A stretch of 64,000 bases of DNA, taken from Klebsiella phage KP2025. The stretch lies in the sequence record PP919962.1. One strand, given 5' to 3'. How positions within the stretch are numbered: position 1 is the stretch's first letter; each line of letters opens with the position of its first letter. Under the pieces are notes generated by a model. The model did not search any database. It saw nothing but the letters and a program-made list of their open reading frames with translations, and was not told the origin of the DNA. Positions 29,272 through 39,817 of the stretch are shown here, piece after piece. The position numbers and the translations under genes are program-made.

Positions 29272-30357
29272 TCAAAAATCAAACTCTTCATCATCAGCAA
29301 TATCTTTATTTGCTGAATTAAGTTTATAATCAGTGCGCTGAATCTCTTGTGCTGCTGCTTGAATTTGATCCGGGTTTAGCCACACATCCATCCAGGCTAA
29401 AGGAGTTTGTTTTGGAGCACGGAATTTGTGTTTCATCTTTAAACGACGATAAATAGGTGCAGCATTGAAGTAAACCCATTGTTTTGACAGCTCAGCATTC
29501 AGGCCAACAATAACACGTCCTTCACTGAACAGGTAATCGCACCAATCTTCTTCTTGGGTAATAATAGTATCCAGAATAGCAGTCAGTTCTTCAATGTTAT
29601 CTTCATAAACTTTCTTCCATTCAGGTTCTTTCATCAGCGCGTCAATAATAGCATAATCCATCTTAACATGCAATACCTCATCCAACATAATTTTCTGAAT
29701 CAGCTTACATGCACCAACGAACAGTTGCTGTTCTGCCAATGCAAATGTTGCGGAGAAAGAAGAAATAAACTGAATACCTTCCAGACCAATCAGAGCAATC
29801 ATACCTTTCAAGATCAGTAGACGTAGGTCGTCATTTGCTTCCAATTCACCAAGGGCGTATTTGTGACCAGCTTCATACAGTTCGGACATAACTTCTTCCA
29901 CAACACCCATACGCTGGAAAATACGGTCATTCTCCATAATCTGTTCAATCACTTCGTTTGGATTTGGAATACACTGACGAATAATTTCAGAGTAAGTGAG
30001 AGCGTGAAGCACTTCAATTTCAGATTGCTTCATCATCATCGCACAAGCTTCGTTATTACTCAGGAACGGAGCGAACAACGTGATAATAGATTTCGCCAAG
30101 GAATCATTCTCCCACTGGAAAGATAGGTTCTTTATCATCACATCGTAGTTATTTGCAGAACATGCTACAAAGTCTTTACGTGTCTGATCCAGATTCACTT
30201 CATTCTCGTCCCAATCTTGTGCTTTTTGTAGTTTGTAAAGACGGTGCATTTCAGGATAAGTAACATTAATAGAATCGAAGATACCTAGTTGTTCACCTAA
30301 GAAAACAGGGTATTTACCCTCTTTATAAGTTTCGTTATGTAAATTAATTGCTGCCAT
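29272..30357 (-). CDS. nrdB: ribonucleotide reductase class Ia beta subunit
   Basis: Ferritin-like di-iron ligand pattern, C-terminal DDEEFDF tail. Confidence 0.85.
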   Translation of the reverse strand: MAAINLHNETYKEGKYPVFLGEQLGIFDSINVTYPEMHRLYKLQKAQDWDENEVNLDQTRKDFVACSANNYDVMIKNLSFQWENDSLAKSIITLFAPFLSNNEACAMMMKQSEIEVLHALTYSEIIRQCIPNPNEVIEQIMENDRIFQRMGVVEEVMSELYEAGHKYALGELEANDDLRLLILKGMIALIGLEGIQFISSFSATFALAEQQLFVGACKLIQKIMLDEVLHVKMDYAIIDALMKEPEWKKVYEDNIEELTAILDTIITQEEDWCDYLFSEGRVIVGLNAELSKQWVYFNAAPIYRRLKMKHKFRAPKQTPLAWMDVWLNPDQIQAAAQEIQRTDYKLNSANKDIADDEEFDF

Positions 30358-30749
30358 TATTTTAAATCCTCCACTATATCACACCATGATTTTAACACTT
30401 CTATCTCACTCTCTTTCACACCATATTCTCGATAGTATTTTTCCAAACCATTCCACACACTTTGTGTTAGTAGCACACTAAATTCTGAACCATAGGTTCT
30501 TATTCTGGATAGCGTATATGCAGTTGCCTTAGAGTCAAAAGATTCCCAGATCTCCGCACTCGTAAAATCCGTTCCTCCGATAAACTGACAACACCAATCT
30601 AATGTGAAATCTTTTGGGTCAACCAAGACATAATTCTTGAGCGGTAGTAACTTGGTTACTCCAGACAATACGATTATAGAATTCATAATCCTCCTTAGAA
30701 AAATAAAGGGGCTTTCGCCCCTTGATACTACATCTTGCAAGAGGAACAA
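30357..30749 (-). CDS. hypothetical protein between nrdA and nrdB
   Basis: 130-aa ORF. Confidence 0.45.
   Translation of the reverse strand: MFLLQDVVSRGESPFIFLRRIMNSIIVLSGVTKLLPLKNYVLVDPKDFTLDWCCQFIGGTDFTSAEIWESFDSKATAYTLSRIRTYGSEFSVLLTQSVWNGLEKYYREYGVKESEIEVLKSWCDIVEDLK
30699..30723 (-). terminator. rho-independent terminator after nrdA
   Basis: aaaggggc-tttc-gcccctt with T-rich run on minus strand. Confidence 0.55.
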
Positions 30750-32977
30750 CCATCTTCATCAAAACCAGAATCCTCTTGGGCCAAAGATTCGGCTGACTTA
30801 GTTTTACTATTCAGATAGTAAAGAGACTTACCACCTAACTTAGCAAATGTAAAGATAAATTGCATCTGAGCTTTAATAGATAGACGACCACCATCCATTT
30901 TCGAATAGTCAACCCATTCGTCACAGGAAATACCCTGATCCATGAATTTAGTTAACAATCCGTACATTTCCGCAATATCTTTTGCAGGAGTATCCCATGC
31001 ACTCTGATAAACAGTCTTCAGCTTTTCGTAGTCAGGTACAATGAACAATACATTACCTTTCTGACTCTGTTTATACATGATTGTGTCACGTACTGGATAT
31101 ACAGAGTTGGTGGTGTTACTCACTAGGCTACTTGATTCGTTCGGTGCAATAGCTGTTAATACGCTGTTGCGGATACCCCCCTGAGCGATAATCTCTTGGC
31201 GTAATCCTTCCCAATCGTGTTTCAACTCAAAGTTGCCAATATCATCTACCGCTTTTGAGTAGGTATCAATTGGGAGCCAACCTTGAGGCCATTTGGTTTT
31301 GTCAATCCACTCTGCATTACCTTTCTCTTTCGCCAAGCGAAGAGATGCACTTGCCAACCAGAAATAGTGGCGTTCAGCTAACTCGTGAATCAGTTTCTTA
31401 CCATAAGGGTCAGAATATGTTGCAAAGTTACTTGCGAGATAATGAGCGAGGTTTGTAATCCCAACACCGATGGAACGACGAGCTTTCGCTGTGATCTCAT
31501 TGTGCTTAAATGGGTAAACCATTGTCTCAATAACGTTGTCGATTGTCAATACGGTATAGTAAGCAACATCTTCATACTCTTCTGGTTTAACTCTACCCGC
31601 AACGATAGAAGATAGGAAGCACAAGGCTAATTCCTGATCCTCAGTATTATCACCAGTGAAAAGATCCGTCATCTTGTGAAATGCTTTCGTCGGTAGGAAA
31701 ATTTCCTGGCACAGATTTGACTGATACACGGTATCAATAAACGGTGTGTGATTATTTACGTTGTCAGCAAAGAACATATAAATACGTCCTGTTTCTGCAC
31801 GTTGAATAATAATCTCCGTCAATAGGTCACGAGCTTTAACGAATTTCTTTTTAATACGTTTACGACTAACACGGTCATAAACCTCATCAAACTCTTCTTC
31901 GCTCTTATAAAGCGCCTCATAGAGTTCTGGAGCATCATCACAACTCACCAACATCCATTCTTCACCTTTTGCTGCACGGCGCAGGAAGGAACGGTTAACC
32001 ACGACAGAATAATCTAACTTATCTACACGCTTGTCAACTGGAGTTGTTGGATTCTTGATACGGATTAAGTCATCAAAATCTGGTTCCAAGATAGTGTATG
32101 TTACGGTAGCACTACCACCACGACTTGCCTGTTTTGAAGCACCAACACTATCTTCCATCCATTTCAAATAAGGAAGTAATCCACCGTGAATAATACGGTT
32201 TTTCTTAACCCCTTGTCCCGTAGCACGAGTCTGAAGGTTAACGCCAATACCAGCGTTATTCAGAGTATACTCGTGTGCAAGATAGTTTGCAATAGCCAAC
32301 GATTCTGCTGTATCGTCTGCACGGAACAAACAACAAGAAGCACTACCCGGAATAGGAGTACGCAGTGTCGTCAGATAAGGTGACGGAAGATTGATTTTAA
32401 GATCGCTGACATAGGTGTACAGGCGCTTAATATCTTCAATGCGTCGTTCCTTCGGTTGGATCTCCATTACCTTCATTGCCACACCGATAAATAAGAACTG
32501 TGGAGATTCATGAACAATATCGTTCACGGCATCTTTAACTAGGTATTTATCTGACATTTGGCGAAGAACAGAGTAACCATAGCCCAAGTTCTTATCGTGT
32601 TTAACAATCTTGCCGATTTCTTTAATTTCTTCTTCGGTATAGTCCATTTTGATCCAGTGGCCTTGGCTCACCATATCTCTATAGAAATCATTCAGTGAAG
32701 GGATACTGTGGTATCCCCCATGTGCCTGTTTATAAATCATACCAAGAAGTAATCGACCAGCCATATCACTATATGCTTGAGTTTTCTTGTCAATACACGC
32801 AGAGATCATTGCTTTATGCAGATCACGAGTTGACACCCCATCATAACAACGTTTTACAGCTTCTAATTCAATTTCAGACCAGTTTAGTTTCCCGGCAGCG
32901 AATTCAGACCATTTACGAAGTTTCTCTGGATTAAACTCTTCTTTCTTTCCATTAGATTTGGTTACGTATCGAATCAC
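30728..32977 (-). CDS. nrdA: ribonucleotide reductase class Ia alpha subunit
   Basis: N-terminal ATP-cone (VTKSNGKKEEF..KL), catalytic Cys blocks, C-terminal CxxC tail (CSSCKM). Confidence 0.9.
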   Translation of the reverse strand: MIRYVTKSNGKKEEFNPEKLRKWSEFAAGKLNWSEIELEAVKRCYDGVSTRDLHKAMISACIDKKTQAYSDMAGRLLLGMIYKQAHGGYHSIPSLNDFYRDMVSQGHWIKMDYTEEEIKEIGKIVKHDKNLGYGYSVLRQMSDKYLVKDAVNDIVHESPQFLFIGVAMKVMEIQPKERRIEDIKRLYTYVSDLKINLPSPYLTTLRTPIPGSASCCLFRADDTAESLAIANYLAHEYTLNNAGIGVNLQTRATGQGVKKNRIIHGGLLPYLKWMEDSVGASKQASRGGSATVTYTILEPDFDDLIRIKNPTTPVDKRVDKLDYSVVVNRSFLRRAAKGEEWMLVSCDDAPELYEALYKSEEEFDEVYDRVSRKRIKKKFVKARDLLTEIIIQRAETGRIYMFFADNVNNHTPFIDTVYQSNLCQEIFLPTKAFHKMTDLFTGDNTEDQELALCFLSSIVAGRVKPEEYEDVAYYTVLTIDNVIETMVYPFKHNEITAKARRSIGVGITNLAHYLASNFATYSDPYGKKLIHELAERHYFWLASASLRLAKEKGNAEWIDKTKWPQGWLPIDTYSKAVDDIGNFELKHDWEGLRQEIIAQGGIRNSVLTAIAPNESSSLVSNTTNSVYPVRDTIMYKQSQKGNVLFIVPDYEKLKTVYQSAWDTPAKDIAEMYGLLTKFMDQGISCDEWVDYSKMDGGRLSIKAQMQFIFTFAKLGGKSLYYLNSKTKSAESLAQEDSGFDEDGCSSCKM

Positions 32978-32987
32978 TTCTACTCCA

Positions 32988-33248
32988 TTAATTATGCATA
33001 TTTAAAACATCTACATCATACCCTGTTTTCATTTCGTTATATAAGCCATTTGCATATAAGAATCCTTCAAAATGAGTAATATCTTGAAAACCTTTTTCTT
33101 TAGCTTTACGATCTGCTTCTTGTCTTTTAGGGGATAATCGTTTAGATGTGTCTTTAATTACTGTGACATTACAGCCAATACTTTCGTCAAAGTAAACTTC
33201 AATATCACAACCTTCATATTTATTACTTTCGGTCATTTGGCCTCTCAA
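32988..33248 (-). CDS. hypothetical protein
   Basis: ORF. Confidence 0.45.
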   Translation of the reverse strand: MRGQMTESNKYEGCDIEVYFDESIGCNVTVIKDTSKRLSPKRQEADRKAKEKGFQDITHFEGFLYANGLYNEMKTGYDVDVLNMHN

Positions 33249-33662
33249 TTAGAAATCAGAGCCATCATCATTACGTGACGGATCATGTTCATTTCCAAAG
33301 TCTTCCATTTTAATATGAGAAACACCCCAACCTTCGAATTCTTCTTCTCCAACATGTAAAATGTCATTGTTTTGATATACACGTTTAAATAGACAATTTG
33401 CATCTACGGGGAAAGTAAATAAAGTGGTTTTAGCATAAACAACACGACGATTATTATTACTACGAATATTCATATCGCGCTCAACAGTGTAATGTCCATT
33501 CTCAGGCATACCTAACATAACGAGAGCAGCTCGTAACACATTAGAATATTCTGAATTTGGGATTGTGCCATTATTTTCCTGTTCTTTTTTCTGCCAGATA
33601 GGTGTAGCTTTGATGGTAGACATGCTTACGGTCGCCCAAGTGGTTGTATTAATTAGTGACAT
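33249..33662 (-). CDS. hypothetical protein
   Basis: ORF. Confidence 0.5.
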   Translation of the reverse strand: MSLINTTTWATVSMSTIKATPIWQKKEQENNGTIPNSEYSNVLRAALVMLGMPENGHYTVERDMNIRSNNNRRVVYAKTTLFTFPVDANCLFKRVYQNNDILHVGEEEFEGWGVSHIKMEDFGNEHDPSRNDDGSDF

Positions 33663-33750
33663 AAATTCTCCTTATTCTCCAAAGGAGAGCTATAGCTCTC
33701 CCAACGTTATGCTATCTTACATCAATCTCAAGTAAAAGTCAATACTTAAA

Positions 33751-34719
33751 TTACCACTTGGTGTGGTTCGGTAGTAGTTGTCTATATTGCACCCATCCTT
33801 TGAAGTTGGCACTCCAGAAGTTACCATGCTTGTCTACATGGGTATAACCTTCATACCTATTAAGGGTGGCAAATACATCTTCACCTGTTGAAGAATCAAC
33901 TACTAGCATAGGGGTGGCAATATGTTCGAAAGGAGAAGCATGTACCTTACGACCAGTTAGTAAACGTCCATAGATATCCAAAGCTTTATCTTTAGTAGAG
34001 TTTAGACGACGATAACTCACCTGAGCGCAACAAGAAGATGAGATAGCTTTAGCTTCTTGCTCATCTAGGATAACTTTCTCGCCATTTTCATCTTCTACGT
34101 AATAGCCGCAGAATACCCAGACGTCATCCCCTTCTATACCAATATTTTCGTAGAAGTGTTCTACGTAAGGTGTATGCCACTGCCCTGGATGAAGCAGTTC
34201 TGGAGTTGAAGATTCCACTTCTTTATGCATAGCTTTAGCCAGAGCTTCGATAGTAGGGTCAGCTTCCTCGTCATCTCGTAGCCACCAAAAGTTTTCATAT
34301 TCTGTTGCAGTGAGCACTGTTTTCATTCTCTGGAAAGGCTCCAGGAGACGATTAGCAATCTGCTTATGATAACCAGCTTCTGCTAGTTCCTCCGCAAAAC
34401 GTGCTGCACTAAGAGCAGCCAATTTCCACCATTCACGACCAGTGTATCCTGCACCCACAATGCCATCGTGTTCTACGCCCTTATCTTGCATACCTGGTTG
34501 ATTAGCCCCAAACCGATAAGGCATTGCAGGTTCATTTCTAACCATTTCAATTAGTGTTTTTACTGGGATTGCGCGGCTAGAAGCAGCATTTCTACTGAAT
34601 AAGCGATGTGTCATTAATTCGCTATGGATGATTCGAGGGTATTCCAACTCGAAGGTGATAATTTCATTTCCACGCCCATTATGTGAATGAGCAATTACTT
34701 TTGCGCTAATATCTGGCAT
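33751..34719 (-). CDS. thyX: flavin-dependent thymidylate synthase (ThyX-like)
   Basis: HRLFSRNAASSRA resembles the ThyX RHR..S....S.R signature; nucleotide-metabolism neighbourhood. Confidence 0.55.
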   Translation of the reverse strand: MPDISAKVIAHSHNGRGNEIITFELEYPRIIHSELMTHRLFSRNAASSRAIPVKTLIEMVRNEPAMPYRFGANQPGMQDKGVEHDGIVGAGYTGREWWKLAALSAARFAEELAEAGYHKQIANRLLEPFQRMKTVLTATEYENFWWLRDDEEADPTIEALAKAMHKEVESSTPELLHPGQWHTPYVEHFYENIGIEGDDVWVFCGYYVEDENGEKVILDEQEAKAISSSCCAQVSYRRLNSTKDKALDIYGRLLTGRKVHASPFEHIATPMLVVDSSTGEDVFATLNRYEGYTHVDKHGNFWSANFKGWVQYRQLLPNHTKW

Positions 34720-34728
34720 TGTTTCTCC

Positions 34729-35340
34729 TTATTTATGATAAATGTCCACAACATTAAAGATATCCTTCCAAGGATCTTCAATTGAAGTTATCAATACATT
34801 TGGTAGTGCTTTTAATTCTTCTAAAAATGGGTCTTCGTAAATAGTATTAAAGTATACCTTTACAACATGATCAGGGAATAGAACAAGATTTTCTGCCCGA
34901 TCATCAATTGTTATGTCACAAGGTAGTAAGTATTTCTCCTTTGTTGCGAAGAAGCCATTACCTGTTCCTCTCCCAAAATCAAATTCAGGAAGGTTACGCT
35001 TTATATAACGATATTTGGAACTAAAATGTCCACCCTTTGTATGGCTTGCAATGAGAAGTGAATCCCCCGCTTTACCAAAGTAGTTAAGTGTTTCGACACT
35101 TCCTGGTACTGTACCCATTGTGTCGTATAGATGCTGATTATCCCAGAAGGAATGTGGGTCTATCCCAAATCTCTTTTCGAAATCAGGAAAGTATGCGGAT
35201 AGGTTGTAAAGTGCATCTTTGCCAGATGTTGGCAATACCACGTTATCACCACTCACAGCATTCAACCAAGCAAGCCAGGGAACATCAGCCGGAGCTATTA
35301 CTAAATCACAATCACAAACGATTCTCATGTTTCTCCTCAA
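34729..35340 (-). CDS. HAD-superfamily 5'(3')-deoxyribonucleotidase-like phosphatase (putative)
   Basis: IVCDCDLVIA resembles the DxD motif I of HAD dNMPases. Confidence 0.4.
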   Translation of the reverse strand: MRRNMRIVCDCDLVIAPADVPWLAWLNAVSGDNVVLPTSGKDALYNLSAYFPDFEKRFGIDPHSFWDNQHLYDTMGTVPGSVETLNYFGKAGDSLLIASHTKGGHFSSKYRYIKRNLPEFDFGRGTGNGFFATKEKYLLPCDITIDDRAENLVLFPDHVVKVYFNTIYEDPFLEELKALPNVLITSIEDPWKDIFNVVDIYHK

Positions 35341-35370
35341 AGCCCCGTCTGTGGGGCTTATATTACTCTA

Positions 35371-35943
35371 TTAATACTTAGATGCAAGCAAAATTTCAAC
35401 TATCTGTTTTCTTCGCTTAATTATTGTACTGGCGGGAATAACCCCACGCTTTGTAAGCCAAGCTTTATCTTTTTTAGCCGAACACAAAGCAATTGCTTCT
35501 TTCTCTATCCTAGCTTCTTCAAAAGAAATCCCATGCTTATCTGCATAAGCATGTATTGCATTACACTGTTTACACAGAATACGCAAGTCTTCTTCTTTGA
35601 CATATAGAAGACGTAGAACAAATCCTGGTAAATCCTCATAGCATGTTAAGGCTTTAGCTGGATGGATATGATCTACTTGGAAGTCTGCCATTTTACCTGT
35701 ATGACCACAGATATCACAAGTGCAATTCCATATTTGCTTTGGCTTACCTGTTTTCTTATCTAACATGACATTACCATCTTTGTCAAGTCTATCTACTTTG
35801 AATCTAACTGCATTGATTTTTCTTATTTTATTAGGGTGTCTCATCCATGCTTTTCGTAAACACCCTCTTATGTATGTATAAAATTCTGCTTGTGTTTTCC
35901 AGGGAGTTCCTTCTCCCCACATTATTTTTGGTTCTTTATTCAC
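35371..35943 (-). CDS. HNH homing endonuclease
   Basis: CTCDICGH...DHIHP...CKQCN..H HNH/Zn motif. Confidence 0.65.
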   Translation of the reverse strand: MNKEPKIMWGEGTPWKTQAEFYTYIRGCLRKAWMRHPNKIRKINAVRFKVDRLDKDGNVMLDKKTGKPKQIWNCTCDICGHTGKMADFQVDHIHPAKALTCYEDLPGFVLRLLYVKEEDLRILCKQCNAIHAYADKHGISFEEARIEKEAIALCSAKKDKAWLTKRGVIPASTIIKRRKQIVEILLASKY

Positions 35944-36110
35944 TACTGCCTACCTTCTCTGCTGAATAATCACCCGGTGGAATGTTATATTTGAAAAATA
36001 GCATTCTATCTAAACCTGATTTACACATATGCTCAGGGATAACAATAGTATGAAGAAGTTTGCTTTTTCTTTTATTATATATGTGATAAACATCTCCTTC
36101 CCTATATTGT

Positions 36111-36608
36111 TTATTCTCCGCCATCAAGTTTTCTCTTTAAAGATTCTACTTCCGCTACTGCTGCAAAGTAGTCCTGATGAATCATAGCTTTTAATGCAGC
36201 TTGAATAAAAGGATCTTCAGAATACATGTCAATAAGGATTTCTGCTTGTTCCTTCTTCTCTTGACTATTGAACAATGGGTAGTTGCTTTTGAGATAATTT
36301 GGTGCAGAAGCACAGATATCCCGTTCAATATTAATACAATGAATGGCCTTATTTAAATTGACTAATCTATCGCCTTTATCTCTGATGATGTATTTAGCTA
36401 GCTTAGTAAAACAAGGTGTTCCCCCAATAAGATATGCTAATTCTAGGGGTTGCATTTTAAGACGTTTGTAATGATCGCCATCTATTTGAATGTTTAATGC
36501 ATCAGACATATAATCTCCTAAATAAGAAAGGGGCCGAAGCCCCTGTGTGTTAGATACCAATAGTTGTATTGGCACGTTTTTCTTTATTACGTAGGTTAAT
36601 ACGCCCAC
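36111..36608 (-). CDS. hypothetical protein
   Basis: ORF. Confidence 0.5.
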   Translation of the reverse strand: MGVLTYVIKKNVPIQLLVSNTQGLRPLSYLGDYMSDALNIQIDGDHYKRLKMQPLELAYLIGGTPCFTKLAKYIIRDKGDRLVNLNKAIHCINIERDICASAPNYLKSNYPLFNSQEKKEQAEILIDMYSEDPFIQAALKAMIHQDYFAAVAEVESLKRKLDGGE

Positions 36609-37518
36609 GAGACAAGCTGTTGCAAGAGGAGCAGCGCAACACTTGGAATGTACTTACCGTGGTATGATAAAACTTACCAGGTACAATTTCTAAATGATCC
36701 TTCCCACAACGAGGACAACGAACATTCTCGTCTTCGTAATAAGCTGACAGATTAGGATGTTGAGGAATCCACGCCAAGATTTTAATATACAAATCACGTA
36801 ATGAAACTACATCCCCGTCATTATATGTTTGCATACGTTCGAAAGCACTTCTATCCCCTTCGCAACAAGCTTTCCACAATGGGAATCCTTCATTATCTAG
36901 CTTTTCGCTTTCTGTTTCAAAGTATGCACCCATTTCTTTTAACGAGTTGGACGGTAGCGCAAACTGTTTCTTGGCTGCTTTCAATGTGTCTACAACAACA
37001 TACGTAGATGGTGGTTTCATACCATGATAAGCAAATCTTTGATTAATGTAGGCTCTATCAAACTTATACCCATTATGTGCGACAACCACATCAGCATCAT
37101 CTAGAATCTGCCATAGGTCTTGACACAATTCCCAATCATCTGTATGATCGATATCGAACAACGGGTATGAAGTTAAGTTCTTACCTTCTACTTCTCCTGT
37201 ATAAAGATCAGAAATAGAATAAGACAACAGATAACCACGTTTAATAACTTGATCTGGTGAAATAAAAGCTTTGAAACGGCGGAAACTATAAACAATTTCC
37301 GGGGCTGTCTCTACGTCAATGATTTTGATTACAGGCTGTTTAATTCCATCTGCAATATCCCTGACTTCACTAAGACTCTCGCCACGTGCAAGAAAATCAT
37401 TTACTGTGCTCTTTCTACTGGCACTTCCTAGAACTTTAGCTGCAATGTGTCTTGAAGAATAACCCGCAGCTTTCATCGATGCAATTTCGATTTTCTGTTC
37501 ATTTGTTAACTTACTCAA
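36550..37518 (-). CDS. DnaQ-like (DEDDh) 3'-5' exonuclease with N-terminal HTH and C-terminal Zn ribbon
   Basis: Exo I IDVETAP, Exo II VVAHNGYKFD, Exo III YNDGDVVSL.DLY; CPRCG...CSSC. Confidence 0.6.
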   Translation of the reverse strand: MSKLTNEQKIEIASMKAAGYSSRHIAAKVLGSASRKSTVNDFLARGESLSEVRDIADGIKQPVIKIIDVETAPEIVYSFRRFKAFISPDQVIKRGYLLSYSISDLYTGEVEGKNLTSYPLFDIDHTDDWELCQDLWQILDDADVVVAHNGYKFDRAYINQRFAYHGMKPPSTYVVVDTLKAAKKQFALPSNSLKEMGAYFETESEKLDNEGFPLWKACCEGDRSAFERMQTYNDGDVVSLRDLYIKILAWIPQHPNLSAYYEDENVRCPRCGKDHLEIVPGKFYHTTVSTFQVLRCSSCNSLSRGRINLRNKEKRANTTIGI

Positions 37519-38639
37519 ACTTCCTCCTCTTCTGAGATATAGCTCTGAAGCATACTCTCAAATGTTGTTTCATCTTTATCCCAACGTTTCATATAAACCA
37601 ACTGGAATATTGTTTCTAGCCATTCATCAGTAGTCAGATATACATCTACTCCATCGAAAGATGTAAAAGTAACTCCTGTAGGGAACCATTCATAGTACTG
37701 GTCTTTTACGGTTTGGAATAATTCCGCTTGGGTTTTACACTGAGATATTAATTTATAACATGTCATATCGCCAAATTTAATATCAAAATCTTGGTATGGG
37801 CGGATACTATCTGTTTTATCTCCCATAAGCATCTGGTATGCTAACCAATAACTACCCCAGCCCTTAACCTCTTTCTTTTTACTTTTTTCTACTACCCAAA
37901 TATCTCCGATAGAGTCATCTATCAGAATTATCTGAGGTGTTTTAAACACACCATCTTCTTTATAGAAGTTGAATAGTAAACTAGGAGTGGATAAGCTGTC
38001 CTTATCTATTGAGCACACTATGTATGAAAATTTCCCTGTTTTAAGGTAATCTTGGTATCCCGTATACCCATATTTTTCAAGTTCATCGTCTGCTTCAATA
38101 TCTGTGACTACATCCCCATTATGTTGTTCAACAAGGTAGTTTTTAGTCTCAGATAATTGTAAGGGTTTTATTTCAGATCTTTCAGATTTGTATTCTGTTG
38201 GCATTTGGAATAAATGCCGGAATGTTTTACCTACACCAATAACGCCACGGTATTTTGTTACTTTGAGATGGTCTAAAATACCGCCGATTTTTGTTTTTGC
38301 TGCTTGAAAAGTGAATGCAATGTTGTCAGGAGCAACTTGAACATCTTCAATGTCAAAATCTTCTTTTGAGAAAGTTTTTTTGCCTGCCTTCTCTCTTGAG
38401 CTATTTAAAGCTCCTAACCAACCCCCAATGGTTGTTTTACTACTTCCCCAAAAATCGGTACGTTTATCAAACTCTTTTGTGTTCCCGGAAGATTTGTGTA
38501 TAACTTTGATTGAACGTTTCTCTAAAGCAGATGCTGCTTGGAAAGCAATCTGATCATAGTCAATTACAAGTGTTGTATTTTCATCAATATACTTATGTAA
38601 ATCTTCCGGCTCTATTAATATGTAGCCGATATTACCCTC
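37515..38639 (-). CDS. T4 RNase H-like 5'-3' exonuclease / flap endonuclease; the N-terminal ~145 codons have no canonical start codon
   Basis: Open frame continuous from TAG at 38640-42 to ATG at 38204; upstream part contains LVIDYDQIAFQAASA (T4 rnh ICLIDFSQIALSTAL), downstream part has EADD, SIDKD, GDKTDS blocks; GGAGGG RBS at 38635-40. Confidence 0.5.
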   Translation of the reverse strand, partial: EGNIGYILIEPEDLHKYIDENTTLVIDYDQIAFQAASALEKRSIKVIHKSSGNTKEFDKRTDFWGSSKTTIGGWLGALNSSREKAGKKTFSKEDFDIEDVQVAPDNIAFTFQAAKTKIGGILDHLKVTKYRGVIGVGKTFRHLFQMPTEYKSERSEIKPLQLSETKNYLVEQHNGDVVTDIEADDELEKYGYTGYQDYLKTGKFSYIVCSIDKDSLSTPSLLFNFYKEDGVFKTPQIILIDDSIGDIWVVEKSKKKEVKGWGSYWLAYQMLMGDKTDSIRPYQDFDIKFGDMTCYKLISQCKTQAELFQTVKDQYYEWFPTGVTFTSFDGVDVYLTTDEWLETIFQLVYMKRWDKDETTFESMLQSYISEEEEV

Positions 38640-38849
38640 CTATTCATCATCCTCGTCGGTTGAAAATGTCTTTGTATATGGACATTGACGATTTACAGAT
38701 ACTTCGTAGGTGAAGTCATAATTTGAGTTAGAATAGAAACAAACTTTTGTATCACCACTCACAGTTTCTCCTGAATTTGGAATGGTTATTTGCCCTGCTT
38801 TTGCAGAAGCACTTGTGATTAATAATAAAACAAGTAGAATGTTCTTCAT
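38640..38849 (-). CDS. hypothetical secreted/lipoprotein-like protein
   Basis: N-terminal signal peptide MKNILLVLLLITSASA. Confidence 0.4.
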   Translation of the reverse strand: MKNILLVLLLITSASAKAGQITIPNSGETVSGDTKVCFYSNSNYDFTYEVSVNRQCPYTKTFSTDEDDE

Positions 38850-38923
38850 AATATTATCCTCATAATGCCCACCTAACTAAGTAGGAGGGCATGTTAACAC
38901 AAACGAAGTCCGTAAGTCAAGCG

Positions 38924-39808
38924 TTATTTTTTAAAAGTCGCTTCAGCCAGATCTTCTAGCATACCGCGTATCTCTTTGAAGCACAGCAGGACTGCTGCTT
39001 CGATACTACCTTCCTCGTCGTTGAAGTATTTCGGGAACTTGATTCCACTTAGACGGAAATCTTTATCCACAATGAAGTTGACAACACCATCATACTCCAG
39101 ACCAATAGCCTGAACAGATTTGCCATCTTCTTTCAGCTCTAGAGCTTTAGAGTCATACAGGGATTCTTTGCTCCAGACAACGATACCTTCATCATCTTCC
39201 AGTTTGATGTAGTTGCCAAGAGTTAGACGCTGAAATTCATGAGTCTCTAAAATCTCACCAAAACCTTTTACAATAAGGTCTTCATGGACACCAAAACCCA
39301 TAACTGCAAAACTACCCAGAACATCACGCAGGAATGCAGTAATTTCCTCGCTGACTTTCTTACTACCATTAATAACGTACAGAATGTCCATCTCAGTATC
39401 AAGCACTACGTAGTTGTAGAAATCATCTGCTTCTGTCTCCGGGAGGAGAGAGAAAATAACATCAGCTTCAATAGCTTTCTTACTTTCTTTGTCGAGGAAG
39501 AACTCAATACCGGGATTATCGATAGCATGGGCTTCTTCCATCTGTTTAATCTTAGCAGCAACCAGGCGTTTAACTTTTTTCTTGTTCACTTTCTTGACAG
39601 ACTGACCAACGTTGATCAGTTGCAAACCGTTAAACTCTTTCACATAAGATTGGTCATCCTCAAACTTAACGAGGCCAATTGTATGAGCTTGCTGACCTTC
39701 TGCAATCACGAAGTCCAGAGGACGATCAGTGATGTTATTTAGTTCGGCAATAGACAGACCTTCGGCAGCAGCCAGCGGAAGGGCAGATTTGAATTTTTTA
39801 GCAAACAT
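38924..39808 (-). CDS. hypothetical protein
   Basis: 294-aa ORF. Confidence 0.55.
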   Translation of the reverse strand: MFAKKFKSALPLAAAEGLSIAELNNITDRPLDFVIAEGQQAHTIGLVKFEDDQSYVKEFNGLQLINVGQSVKKVNKKKVKRLVAAKIKQMEEAHAIDNPGIEFFLDKESKKAIEADVIFSLLPETEADDFYNYVVLDTEMDILYVINGSKKVSEEITAFLRDVLGSFAVMGFGVHEDLIVKGFGEILETHEFQRLTLGNYIKLEDDEGIVVWSKESLYDSKALELKEDGKSVQAIGLEYDGVVNFIVDKDFRLSGIKFPKYFNDEEGSIEAAVLLCFKEIRGMLEDLAEATFKK

Positions 39809-39817
39809 AGTTTCTCC

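Noticed and set aside
38640-38642. Programmed TAG readthrough fusing the signal-peptide protein to the FEN
   Set aside because: A fusion of a secreted-type protein to a cytoplasmic nuclease is implausible. Non-AUG initiation or a sequencing error is more likely.
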